A DNA stretch of 64,000 bases from Utricularia gibba (taxonomy: Eukaryota; Plantae; Magnoliophyta). Below are positions 12,666-25,683 of this stretch, one piece after another. Both the position numbers and the translations under genes were made by a program. The stretch covers positions 496,001 to 560,000 of the forward strand of contig NEEC01000027.1 in NCBI GenBank assembly GCA_002189035.1, given 5' to 3'. A model generated the notes under the pieces. That model saw nothing but the letters and a program-made list of their open reading frames with translations. It had not been told where the DNA came from and ran no database searches. Each line of letters begins with the position of its first letter. The first letter of the stretch is position 1.

Positions 12666-14425
12666 GAGTTCCTCCCTTCAGCGCCGGCGATGAGAGATTA
12701 GTTCCCTCGGAAGGCGACTGAAGCGCCGAGACGCGGCTGCTGGAGGCGACGAAAGAGGGCAATTCCATTTCAATCTAAGCCACGTATATACAGACAAAAC
12801 AGCTGCGCTCAGTCGGATTCAACACGTAAGAAAAAAGAAAAAAGCTCTGTCAGTTGCATCTAGATACCTAATAGCAGTTTAAAGGAGATAATCACACCTG
12901 TAGCATTCCTGAATACTTGGATTCGTTCATCTCCTTCTTCTTCCTCAGACGGTTCCTGTTTGTTGGCATCTAAATACCAACATTGCTGCATGTTGGTGTT
13001 TCTCAACGGAGGCCAAGGCTTACTGCTGGAGGAAAAGACCGACGAACTTGTGCCTGGCATTTCACAGTTGCATCACCTTAGGGCGGGCTCGGCCCTATGT
13101 ATCGACCAGCAAGAGAGGGCGGGGCCTCTTAAAGCGAAATCCACTTCCTCGGACGGGAACACAAAGACTGCCATATTTGGTGTAATGCAGAGTTTCCAAG
13201 AGTGTGGTTGGCGGTCAGGTTGAAAGGATCCACGCTGGACTCCGTCAGACATGCCAAGGTAGGTATCTTCTTAGTGTTTGTTTTCTGGCTCCCAAAGGGC
13301 ACTCGCACCGATGGAAAGAGTTGAGCAAAAGGAAGCTGAGTCATCTGTATTAGTCACGAGAAACAACACGTAAGATGATCATTCTAGAAGCGCCACCAGA
13401 GAAGCAGATGATATAGCATGATGGCATCATACGGACTGAAAATATGATTTTGAATTCACACAACACTTTGCGAGTTTGGAAGCACTGACCTGAAAAAAGG
13501 GAGACCTAGCACCAAAAAAGCAAGTTTTAAAAAATGCAAATCGGTGTGAACCCGTGAGCAGCATCTCACAACCACAAAATGCCCTGCTACCAGACGAAGG
13601 GAGTCACGGGTTGCTGTTAGGACATTCAACCCCCCCTCCTTTTTTTTTGCTGTTACTTCTTCCATCTTGCATCACCAACCAATGGTTTTCACACACCTTG
13701 CTTCCACTTCCACCATTTTTATTTCATTGGTGGCTTTCCGTGGTATGAAAAAGCAACACCTGGAACCACGAAAGGTTATCCCCTCTTTCTTCACTACTTG
13801 TTAATCATATCTCATCATAAAGCAGAATGAATTGGAACACGAAGGCATAAACTCACATGGAGCGACGATCGGGTTCATTTCAATTTGTGGATTGTGAGCA
13901 GTTGGAGTGTGGAGAGCGTAAATATCATGGTGACAGGTGGCAGATCGTGGTGCAGGAACGCTCTCCAAGAGAACCAGGGCCATACATTTGCCGAAGGATG
14001 CTCCACCCCACATCCAGTGGCATACAGAGAATCCAAATCTTGAATCCCTGGAAGGGAGGTTTCACTAAGGGCCACAGGCATTGGAACATGCATCACAATA
14101 AACAAGCATTATAATCGAATACTGTTCAGAAGAAACAACGCCACCATTATAACCACCAGCAATATTTTTCACACTTAAACCAAATTAGAGAGAGTGATAA
14201 AATATGTTGGTCCACTAAACTCACCCCATGTGGACTGTGGAGCTTTTGACTATAAAAGGAGAGCCAGGAAAGGAGTTTGCAACTGTCAACCTCTTTCTTT
14301 CTTTCTTCATCACCCCTTCTATCCTCTTCACGAGAAGCTTCTCTAGCCATAAAACTTCCCCAGCAAAGCACATCTGCATTTTTTGTGCTTCATCATTGTT
14401 CTAGAATTTCATCACAGGAATCACA

Positions 14426-16361
14426 ATGTCAGATCATAGAGCGAAAAGGCGTCAAAAAAGAACCTTTACCTTCTTGTTTCTTCTCATCACCATCTCTATA
14501 TTTTTGGAGGGATGTGGTAATGTAGACGCAACCAGGAATCCTTACGGTCGGAGGAAGCAAAAGAGCAAAAGGGCAAGAATTCTAAACAAAGCATATGCCC
14601 CCAGGAGCAACGGCGCTCCTGTTCCACAAGCCTCTGCCTTTCCTCCCTTGATCTACGCACCTCCCCCAACCCAACCAGATGAGGCATCAGCAAACTCAAG
14701 CACAAACTGCATTTTCAATGTCATGGACTTTGGTGCAGTTGGTGACGGGGATACTGATGACACTGCTGCCTTTAGGTCAGCTTGGGACTCGGCATGTCAA
14801 GTGAATAATAGTGTTCTTTTGGTTCCATCAGGCAACACATTCATGATCACCTCCACCATCTTCTCCGGTCCCTGTCAGCCAGGCCTCGTTTTTCAGGTAC
14901 AAGCGAAATCAATCCTGTGCTTTCAGTAATCACACAATGTCAAAGTACTTCCAATCCTCTGTTATTCGGTAATTAGAAACTTGAGGTTCACAGGTGGATG
15001 GGATATTAATGCCTCCAGATGGACCAGACTGTTGGCCAGATTCAGATAGCCATAGGCAATGGCTCGTGTTTTACAGGCTCGATTACATGACTCTTACAGG
15101 CACAGGGACTATTGAAGGAAATGGACAGAAATGGTGGGATCTTCCATGTAAACCTCACAAGGTATGCCCCTTGATTGTCTTGATATCCGCACTTGAGTTG
15201 AGAGTGCATTACTTGCTAATCACTGCATTTTTTCTTACCATGGCACAGGGCCCAAACGGATCAACAATGTCTGGGCCATGCGACAGCCCTGCTGTAAGAA
15301 GTGCATTTTGATCAAGACAAAAACTCTGCTTATTATAAGAGAATGACTGATCTCACATTTATCTTCTTTGCAGCTCATTCGATTTTTCACGAGCAGCAAC
15401 TTAGCTGTGACTGGTTTGCGAATCCAAAACAGTCCCCAATTCCACATTAAATTTGATGATTGCCAAGGAGTACTCATAGATAAGCTATCCATCTCTTCAC
15501 CTAAGTTAAGCCCCAACACTGATGGGATCCACATTGAGAATACTAAGTCCGTCGGCATATACAATTCCATGATTGGCAATGGTATCTACCACAAGCACCC
15601 CAGCTACATATATATTCAGACTGAAACGTGAATATCATTTTTTTTTTGCTTACCAAATGCATCTGACTCAGGGATGACTGCATTTCCATCGGTCCCGGGT
15701 GCTCCAACGTAGATATAGACGGAGTCACATGCGGGCCAAGTCACGGAATCAGGTATCATCGATTTTATTTTTTTCAGTACAAACTTGAAAAAAACTGCCC
15801 ACATTTTTTTCAGTACAAGTCACGAGTGTTTTCAATCCTTGATCACATCCCTGTCAACAGTATCGGGAGCCTTGGCGTCCACAACTCCCGCGCCTGCGTT
15901 TCCAACATTACCGTACGCAACGCGGTAATCAGAAACTCGGACAATGGACTTCGAATCAAGACGTGGCAGGGCGGTACCGGTTCGGTCTCTGGCATAACCT
16001 TCGAGAACATCCAAATGGAAAACGTGAGAAACAGCGTGATAATCGATCAATACTATTGCCTGACGAAGGCGTGTAGGAACGAAACAGCGGCAGTTTACCT
16101 TACGGATGTAACATTCAGAAACATCAAAGGAACCTACGACGTCCGTAGCCCCCGATTCACTTCGCCTGTAGCGAGACGGTGGCTTGCACGAATATCACGA
16201 TGTCGGAGGTAGAGCTCCTGCCGTACGAAGGTATTTTGGTGGACGATCCTTTCTGCTGGAACGCCTACGGCGTCCAAGAAACGCTCACCATCCCACCGAT
16301 CGATTGCCTGCAAGAAGGATTCCCGGACACACTCGCCGAGAATGAGCTCTACGGCTGTTGA
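14426..16361 (+). CDS. Polygalacturonase (GH28), with an apparent -1 frameshift at 16149-16153
   Basis: [43 protein letters not shown] and [10 protein letters not shown] motifs, plus an N-terminal hydrophobic anchor. Confidence 0.95.
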
Positions 16362-17039
16362 AGCCCAATTGTACGGATGATTAGTTTAGATCCCATTTCA
16401 TGGGAAATGTAAATGAGCAATAATCCCAAGTTTTTTCTAAAGAAAAAATACTAATAAATAAATGTTAATTTATTTAAAAAATATTTAATGAAGTATTAAT
16501 ATTCGTCATCGGTACGAATATTTGAAATGTGGACAGGAAACGCGGGCGTGGCTCTCCCTCTTCTTCTCCGTATAGGGAACGGAAATGGCGTTTCTGTAGA
16601 TTCCAGTGGATTACAAGCATCCCACGCAACGCACAACCCAGCGAGCAGCTCTCAAGTGCAGCAGCGCAGCCGCAGCCGCAGCCAGCAAGATTTCGTTGGT
16701 CTGCGTTCGGTTCGGTATATCCTCTCTTTCTCTTTATGGCTTTAGGTTAAAACGGGTCTATTCCCATCAGAACATCATCCCGATCTTCATCAATGAGTAT
16801 GTCTGCCCATGTCGAGAGCTGATTTCAACCACCAGCCTTCTCTGTTTTCCAGCTGCTTACCGATATAGGAACCCTGAACGACTATATATCGATTGAGTTA
16901 GTTTTTTCTGCTCTGCCTTTCATTCGTGGAGTGGCGATTTCCCTTTTCCTACTGGAACTCTAAACGTTGCGATATCCCTTTGCTTGCCGTACTTCGACTG
17001 TGATTGCAGGATCCTCAGTTTCTTTAGTTTTCTGTAGGA

Positions 17040-19329
17040 ATGGATGGCTATGCTGCTGCAAATCAGACTCTGTATGGAATGTATATGGTACTTCTGCATT
17101 TTCATTGAGGGGCGAGTTTGTGAAATTTTTTTTTTATTCTATATTGTAATCGGTAGCTTCTCCTAGATTCAAGGTGGTGAGGTCACACCTGGGTATTTCA
17201 TTGAACAATCATTTTACAGCCCTGGCCCCTCTGGGTATGGACATGTATCTGCAGGTATAAATTAGTAAACTAGGTTCAAAGTTCTTACCTTTGGTTGTCT
17301 GTGATTATTCATTGGACTCCGTTAGTCTTTTTTTAGGTGTTGAGCCAGTCAGTGATTTTGAAGATGACCAGGAAGGCCTTGGTTTGGATGGTGATGATAT
17401 TCATTATCCTGTGAGTCACTATTATCTGGAACTTGAATTTACAAACTGGATACGAGATGTTGAAATTGATGAATCTTCTGGCAGGGTGTGACACATGAAA
17501 ATCCGTCCTATTTGTATTATGTTCCCAGCTATGTATACACTGAATCTCCATATAACCCATACAATCCTTATATTCCTGGGGCTGTGCTGGTAGAAGAGGA
17601 TGGGTCGACTTCTGCATCTTACCACTACACTGTTCTCCCCTCATGTACGGATTGTGCATCATTACCTGCACAGATGCCTGTGGTTATCCTTTCAGGTGCT
17701 GAAGTCACTAGCAATGGAACTGGAACCTCATTCACCACCAATATTCCAAGTGCTGAATGCAATTTCTATAAAGTAGGTAAATCTGCAAATACTAGATCGA
17801 GACTGCACCATCCACTCCAAACTCCTTCCGGTAGGTTTAAGCATACAGCGTCAGCTAAGGCTTCATTGGTGAGAATGCATACATGATCTTTTTTCTTCTA
17901 CTTCCCTAGATGCGACCATCTACTGAAGTGTTCGAATCTTGTATTTTAGGCCCAAAGAGCTCAAGCTCAAAAGAATGGGACGGGCAGTGATACGTTATCA
18001 TCCGATGGTAGCCAGATTAATAGCTGTCTTACGTTTTCTAATGACTCCAATTTGAGCACTCAAGGATGCACATCTATTGATGAACCCGAACCTGAGCTTC
18101 CCAAAGATGTGACAGTGTCCCCTCCTCATACATGGAATGGTTTGAGATGGACCTCGGGACCAAAGAAGCCAAAGAATGAGTTGGTGGTCAAGGCCTATAC
18201 CACAAGAGCTGGAAATTCAGATCCGCAGGGAAACATCAGAATATTCAGGGATCAATATAACCGTAATGATTTCTGTGTGGATTATGTGAATGCAAAATTC
18301 TTTGTGATCAAGTCATATAGTGAGGATGATGTTCATAAGGGTGTAAAGTACAATGTATGGTCATCTACCCCTGCTGGGAACAAGAAGCTTAATGCTGCCT
18401 ATGAGGACGCTCAGAGATTAGATCCAGAAGATGCCAAAGGGTGCCCTGTCTTTCTCTTCTTTTCGGTGAGCTATCATGTTTGGTAAAAGTTGTGGATGGC
18501 ACGAAGTAGATGCATTTAAGTTCATCATTTTACGGACATTCATCTTTCTCTCTTTTAGGTGAATGCCAGTGGGCAGTTCTGCGGGGTTGCTAGGATGATT
18601 GGCCCTGTCAACTTCAAAGCAGATATGGATTTCTGGCAGCAAGATAAATGGAGCGGCAGTTTTCCAGTGGAATGGCACTTCATAAAGGATGTTCCAAATT
18701 CCATGTTAAGGCACATCACTTTAGAGAAGAATGAGAACAAACCAGTCACAAATAGCAGAGACACGCAAGAGGTATCCATCCGTTGCCCTTGGTGATTTTC
18801 TCCTGTATGCTGTATCATTGCGCGTAAGATTGAAATCTGCTCCCTTCCATGAGTATTATTTCAGATACCCCGCAAGAAAGGTTTGGATATGCTGCGAATT
18901 TTCAAAAATCACATTTCAAAGACGTCTTTGCTTGACGACTTCATGTACTACGAAACCAGACAGCTAATCTTGCTTCAAGAGAGAGCCAAACAAAAAGGTA
19001 ACGCCACTGATGTTGCCAACCTTTGTCGAAGCACTTCCTCAGGCAGTTTGGAAGACCACTCTGTACCTGAGAAACATTATTCTGAAGAGGATACTGCCAA
19101 GAGAGGCTCGCATGCTTCAGCTGGCACAACACCACCAAAATCATTGGTCGTTCCGGAGAGGGGTGCACCAGCTCTGATTCCAAAGACACCTGAGCCAGCG
19201 TACGAGTTGCCTACAGCCTCCGTTTCTAGTACAAAGAGTTGCGCCAGCATCACGATAGGATCCTTGCCAGTATCAATAAGTGGTCCGAAAGGTGCAACAG
19301 TTCCACTTCAGCCTTGCAGAAACAGGTGA
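17040..19329 (+). CDS. YTH-domain m6A reader (ECT family); start codon approximate
   Basis: [71 protein letters not shown] and [12 protein letters not shown]. Confidence 0.93.
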
Positions 19330-19794
19330 AATTGGGTGTTCACCAACTTGACGGGGGTTCCTGGTGCACTGCTACAGGGAATACTGTCGATGAGCCTGTG
19401 AATTTGTACTCATGTTTCTTGTTGGTTTTGCTAAGCTGGTAGTGCAACATGAACAGCCACAGTGACTTGTTTTGCTCCCCCTCAGTCATACCACACCATT
19501 CTCAGGAGATTCAGTCCACTTTTGCCCCCATACGAGAGAGACATCAGTACTTGTTTTCTATGATTATTGTAAGAATGTTGATCAACTGCTCTGTACAGGA
19601 GCCAGACAAGTGTCTCCTATCTGGGCACTGGGTAAATATTTCAGAAAAGTAGGTTCTGCGGCAGCTGCTTGCGCAACCAATACGTGGAAGAAGCATGTTC
19701 GCCGGGAAGTCTCAGCCTGCCACGTTATCTTCATGCGCTCGGTTTAAAAGCTGGGGCAGAGCACCTCCGTGTTCGTGAAGCGGTGAAGATCAAA

Positions 19795-20538
19795 ATGCCG
19801 GGCCTGACGATCGGAGACACTCTCCCCGACCTGGAAGTGGAGACAACGCAAGGGAAGCTGAAGCTCCATGACTTTGTGGGGGATTCCTTCGCCATCATCT
19901 TCTCTCATCCCGGCGATTTCACGCCGGTTTGTACGACGGAGCTGGGGATGATGGCTGCCTACTCCGACAAGTTCGCCGCCAGAGGCGTGAAGCTGCTCGG
20001 TATCTCCGCGGATGATGTCAGCTCCCACCGAGAGTGGATCAAGGATGTCGAAGCCTGCAGCAACGGCCACACAGTGACCTACGCCATCGCAGCTGATCCG
20101 GAGCGGCGGATCATCAAGCAGCTCAACATGGTGGATCCCGATGAGAAGGACTCCGCAGGGAACAACGTGCCGTCGCGCGCGCTCCACATCGTCGGCCCTG
20201 ACAAAAGGGTATTTATTCTTTCGTCTACAACAAGCATTCTCTAATGGTGCTGCATTTTAGGCTGAGCTTCACATCGTGAGAGTGTGCAGATCAGGCTGAG
20301 CTTCCTGTACCCTGCATCCACCGGACGGAACATGGATGAGGTGCTGCGGGTGGTGGACTCCCTGCTGAAGGCGTCCAAGCACAGGATCGCCACTCCGGCG
20401 AACTGGAAGCCCGGGGAGCCGGTGCTGGTGGCTCCCAGCGTGTCTAACGAGGAGGCCAAGAAGCTGTTTCCGCAGGGGTACACCGTGACGGGCCTCCCTT
20501 CAGGCAAAGACTACCTGCGGTTCACCAACGTAGACTGA
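19795..20538 (+). CDS. PER1: 1-Cys peroxiredoxin, 2 exons
   Basis: [59 protein letters not shown]. Confidence 0.96.
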
Positions 20539-21266
20539 GGAGACTACCCATCCGAAAAGCATGGATTTTGAACGTGCCGTGCTCTGTGTGAGCGTGTGGT
20601 CTGTAGACGACGTACGGGGAATCCCCCAATAACAACAGGCTGCTGCATCAGAGTCTTCGTAAATCAAAAAAACTCATAATTCATATGCGAAAACTAACGG
20701 ATGGCAAAGCGATGTTACTTACACGGCTTGGGCGCCAGAACCGAACCAGTGTCGACTGCAACGAGAGCACATCCATCGGCCATTTCATTGGCGGCGACGG
20801 CGTCAACACGAGGATCCGATTGCCGGGATAACTACCTTCACATCTGAAAAAAACAAGTAGCAAGAAGAAAGACGATACACATTTTGATGTGAAGGGGAGA
20901 CAGGTGTGTATACGTGCCCCAAGTCTATAAGTATCTTTTTTCTTCTGGAAGATATAATAAAATATCAGGTAAAGTAAGTATAAAAAAAAGATATTTTCAC
21001 ATTCTAAACATAAGATATTTGGGTTAAATATTTGGTATATAAAAAAAAAAAACTGGCAAAGGATTGGGGCCGGAGACATTGATTGCGTTTCGGAGGAATA
21101 TCATATGGGGATGCGAAGAAAAGAAAGCAAACGAATAACATCGAATGCTCCCCCTCCATCAAAACCTACTCATCCATCGGAGTGGGCCACACGGCGGCGA
21201 TGGAATTGCACGCGCAGTATTTATTGTAGCAACAAGCAGGGTGGGTGTGGGTGCGGGTGCGGCGCC

Positions 21267-24200
21267 TCAAGATGGAACCTACGAGTACACAGACAGACAT
21301 GTTCACCTTCACGGCTGGGTGTGTGATGCTTCTTTGAAGGGAATTGCGGCTAGCTTACCACTGCTGCAGGAAGATGAAGGACAGCAAGTCCGATGCAGTA
21401 GAGAGTGGTGGCTATCACAATGGCAGCCACCAAGTTGTGGCCGAGTCGCTTGTCGTTGTTGGTGGGTACAAAGGTGGATTTCAGGGTGTTGGTGAGCTCA
21501 AAAAGCCTGTACGACACCTGCAATGTGTCCTCTCACACTGGGCCACATACACAAAATGCACACCTTGACACCTACACGAGAGCATGAGTGTGGAAGGAGT
21601 ACCGCAATGTATATGGAAGTTGTGAGCATGAAATTCAGCAATGGGTAGTTTGGAATCAATGAGAGCAGGTGCTTAGGCTGCCCATCTGGGACGCCGGACC
21701 TGGAAACAAAAGTTAGTTTCCACATTCATTTAGACGAACTCCAAGGAAGGGTTCGTTCCTCTGACAAATGGGAAATAGGAGTCATACCTCAGCCATATGT
21801 GTATCTGTGAGATGTATGTCTCGAGAGTGACTTTTCCCAGCCATCTAATCACAGAGAGAGAAGGTGAATTGTTACCATCTACAGTTGTTGCATACTCAAA
21901 AAGGGTTACTAATTTCCAGTTATGATGATAGTCATGACTACTTACGCAAAAAGCGTTAGCGTGTAGCACCGGAAATGTTGGGTCACATTTCTAATGCATA
22001 TGTATACGCTGATAAGCAAAACGGAAATTTCTAGTCAGCAAAAACAGCCGAATCAGAGGATGATGACACTTACGTGGGAACTTACGTTATAGGAATCCAA
22101 GAAGTGTAAGGATGATATTTGTTGTAAGTGATTTTCGGCAGCTTGTATACGAACTCCCACCACACGTAACCCATCTGAAACAAGACCTTGCATGCTGAAA
22201 TTGACACAAGAAAGATGAAGAATGAGATAAGGTTCGGCTCATACTGAAAGTGATGATATCAAAATTGCTGCTTTTATGATCATCCTCTGGTTAATTTCAG
22301 CTTCCTCCAATTTCTCCATCCATCTCTCCACCTTAGAAAAATGCAGTATGTCAAGAACACACAAGGGAAGAACAATTATCCGCTACGGGGTACATGTAAG
22401 GATGTGCAGCACTTGCCGTGGGATGGTAGTATGCATATATCATCCCAATTATCCAGATGTACCTATCAAGACCCGAGCGGAAATGCCATTCATGCAAGAG
22501 AGTCTGCGATGGTAAAGCCGGATCCTTGTATCCTGAAACATGATAACGTGCCATGTTTCATAGATCCATTAGCTCCAGCAAATAACCCATGTAACATAGC
22601 CAATGCTGACTAACCGAGCAAAAAGGTGAAGGGGCTCCAGACGATCTCAAAAACACCGGGAACTTCCCAAATAAGAATAACCACCAAGAAGCAGGCCAAA
22701 AATTTTACAGCTATGACAGCCCCATGCTCATTATACTTGTTGAAAATACCAAGAGCCCCATAAACCATAAGGGTGAAAAGCGTGTGCATGGGGCATATGT
22801 AATATAACATGTAACTATTGTTGAGCACGATGCAGCAGAACAGCACCAAGAAGTTAAGTCGCCACATCATCTAGAAGTTCAGTTTAGGAGCATAGGATTA
22901 GTATGTGCTCAGATGAGAGGAAATTACGCTGCAGTGGCGTAGAAATTCAACCTGAATAAACCTGGAGAGGCTAAAATCTTTGCGGATGTAATAATATGAG
23001 AAATTCCCAAAACCAGTCATCCAAACGTATCCAGCTATGAAGACTCTTATTGCATTGTAGAATTCTTTCGCAGCGAAGTAGTGGTACATGAGAAACAGCA
23101 CCTGCACATATAGTAAATATGGTTTATGAAAAATAAAATCATAACAGACTCAGATTAACAAATTTTTTCTTACAAACAACATTACAAAATTACCTGCATC
23201 CAACCTTTCCACTCCTCTGTCTGGTGCCTGTTTAAATACATTATTGACTTTCCAGAGAAGGGGGACTTGTCACTGTGTATCTTGAATGAAGTGAATGCCG
23301 AAACAATGATGAGGAGAAAATACAAAAACAAAAAAAGATCCCGATTGTAGTTCTGCAGAAAAAAAGAAATGTTAACATGAGCAAATGAACAGCTCATTCA
23401 GTTAGCAACAGTTATGCCTGAAATCCTACAACAACAATGAAACATAAACTATAAAATAAAATCGGAAATTATGCAGATCCGCACCTTTTCCGATTGACCA
23501 AAAACATTTGTACGGTCACACAAGTAAAAGTAAATTAAAAGGGCACCAAACTCCGACCTGCAAGAGAAATGGAAAAGTTGAAGATACATAAAGGATTACG
23601 AAATATGAAGTTGATGGAATAGATCAAAATAACTACGGCTGTTAAATGATTTAGAAGACATACATGGCTCTTAATGTCAATTTGTTCTCCAACAAGAACG
23701 ACTCGTCCAAAGTGAGAAATCTGAGACACTCACTATAAGCATATTAAGTTCCCACAGCACTACAAAAAGAATAAAATTTCTCCTACACCTGAAAACATAA
23801 GATGCAACAGACATATTTTTTGCCCAAGGAGAGACACGCTGAAAGCTGCCGCCTTCCAGAAGAACATCTCTATCGTTTTCTGAACCAGTTCCATCCAACT
23901 CATCCAACTTGATATCAGAGCTCCTGCCCCTGAAATCCAAAAGATGAAGTCAGTGTAACACTATAGCGCTTCTAAGTCTTATACGAATTGTAATGCAATA
24001 AAAAGGCATCGTCACTCTGGTGAACACTAATCACTTTACAGGAAGTTAACAAGTCCCGTTCATCTTAATCTACGTTTCTGTTAAATCAGGTAGTACGGAA
24101 ACTCACAGCAGCAACCATCTTTCTAGAGGGAAAACAAAACTTCCAGAATATACGGTTTTGAGAATTTTCATTGGAATTAGACCGGAAAACGTGTGAAGTG

Positions 24201-24627
24201 GACTCATTTCGACTTACGGCTTGGAAACAGATGAGCTTTTCTTGTGATCCAAATACTCCGAATATAGCCAAGCGCAGAATACGGGCACTATCCCGATGAA
24301 AAAAGCCACCTGGATCAGTCAAGTCATGTTACCGACCGACGAAACCCAACCATTAGTAAAACAAGAAAAACAAAAACAAGCCGTGATTTCACGTTCAGGC
24401 TTCAGAGAACGCATCTGCAACATCAAAGGCCTTTAGAACTAAATGCGCTAACGGTGATCTACTTCACAACTCTTCTATATTCCGAGAGTCACAACTATCG
24501 AAAACGGAACAAACAAAGCGACAATGCAACCGCAACGGAATAGAAAGCGACTCGAAATTAACCATCTGAAGTATACGTAGACAAGTGAACTCACCTGAGC
24601 AGGCGAGAATGAGCCACGGATCACCAT
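21267..24627 (-). CDS. RWA: REDUCED WALL ACETYLATION / Cas1p-domain O-acetyltransferase
   Basis: [11 protein letters not shown] start, [88 protein letters not shown]. Confidence 0.93.
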
Positions 24628-25683
24628 TTTCCTCTCAGACCGAGTGCAGGAGCATTCCACACTCAGAAAAAAATCGTAAGTCAATGCCGCCGAAAATCGT
24701 TGTTTCAGGTGACGATGAACTCTACGTCGGCCGAACGCTACTGCGGCTATCTGATCCTAATGCATGCCTAGGTAACGGTAGCATTGAATGTCAATGTTGG
24801 AATAAGGAAAAGTCTGATCTTCATTCGATTCCCTCCACAATTCACATTCGCATTGTGGACCTGGTGAATGGATCAAGCTTTTTTGTCAACGGGCCCAAAC
24901 TACTACGGCGGCCAGCCGACTGCGCTCTAGGCTGCTATGGCCATTGAATCAATCCCGCAGATTCTCTCTGACCTGAACAGAGATGGCGGCGGATGGGGTG
25001 CCTCATCTCCAGCCACGCAGGCAGGCGATGGTAGAATCCTTTGCTGGAGCTGTGAAGTTTGGTCTGCTGCGTCAAGCTCGTCCACTGAGAGATTGATATG
25101 ACATGGGGTCGCCTGTTTGTGTGTGTGTGTGTGCCTCGCCTCAGGGAGCAGCCTGAAGTGGATTTCAAGCACAATGTTCAGAAGTACAGCAGCTCAGTGG
25201 TGAAGTTCGTGCGTGGATACCACACCAAGGGATCCGGCGACACACTGGGGAAAGGCCACTGCTTGTTGCCAGGAGCAATAAAACTCTTGTTGCTGGGCAT
25301 GTTTTGAAGAAGAAATTGAGATGATGACTACGGGCTCAATGCATTCCCTACTTCATCATCTCAAGGGGTGACAGGACACCACCATGGAAAAATGTTTTTT
25401 TATTGATATAAACGAAAGCAAACGCCTCATCTACTGGTATCAAGAGAGAGTATATACCATACATGCCACTTGTAGGTAGGATCAAGTAAAGCTGCAGGAA
25501 ACGGAGAGCGGTATACATACCTGAGCAGCCTATAAATCAAACCACCCAGGCACCGCGCCGTGCTGCAGCCACGTGGGCAGTGGTAGATCTCTTCCTCCGC
25601 CATGCTATTTACTGTATACTACTCCCCTCGCCATCACAAGATTATTGCTAGCAGCAAGACAGAAACGGCGTTGTAACTCCGGG

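Noticed and set aside
18771-18780. YTH intron donor GTATCCAT resembles a U12 5' splice site
   Set aside because: It departs from RTATCCTT and I found no U12 branch point; treated as a U2 intron.
19744-20507. Long antisense ORFs over PER1 (and likewise over RbcS, PCK1 and the 53.7-54.5 kb gene)
   Set aside because: Shadow ORFs expected from GC-rich codon usage on the opposite strand.
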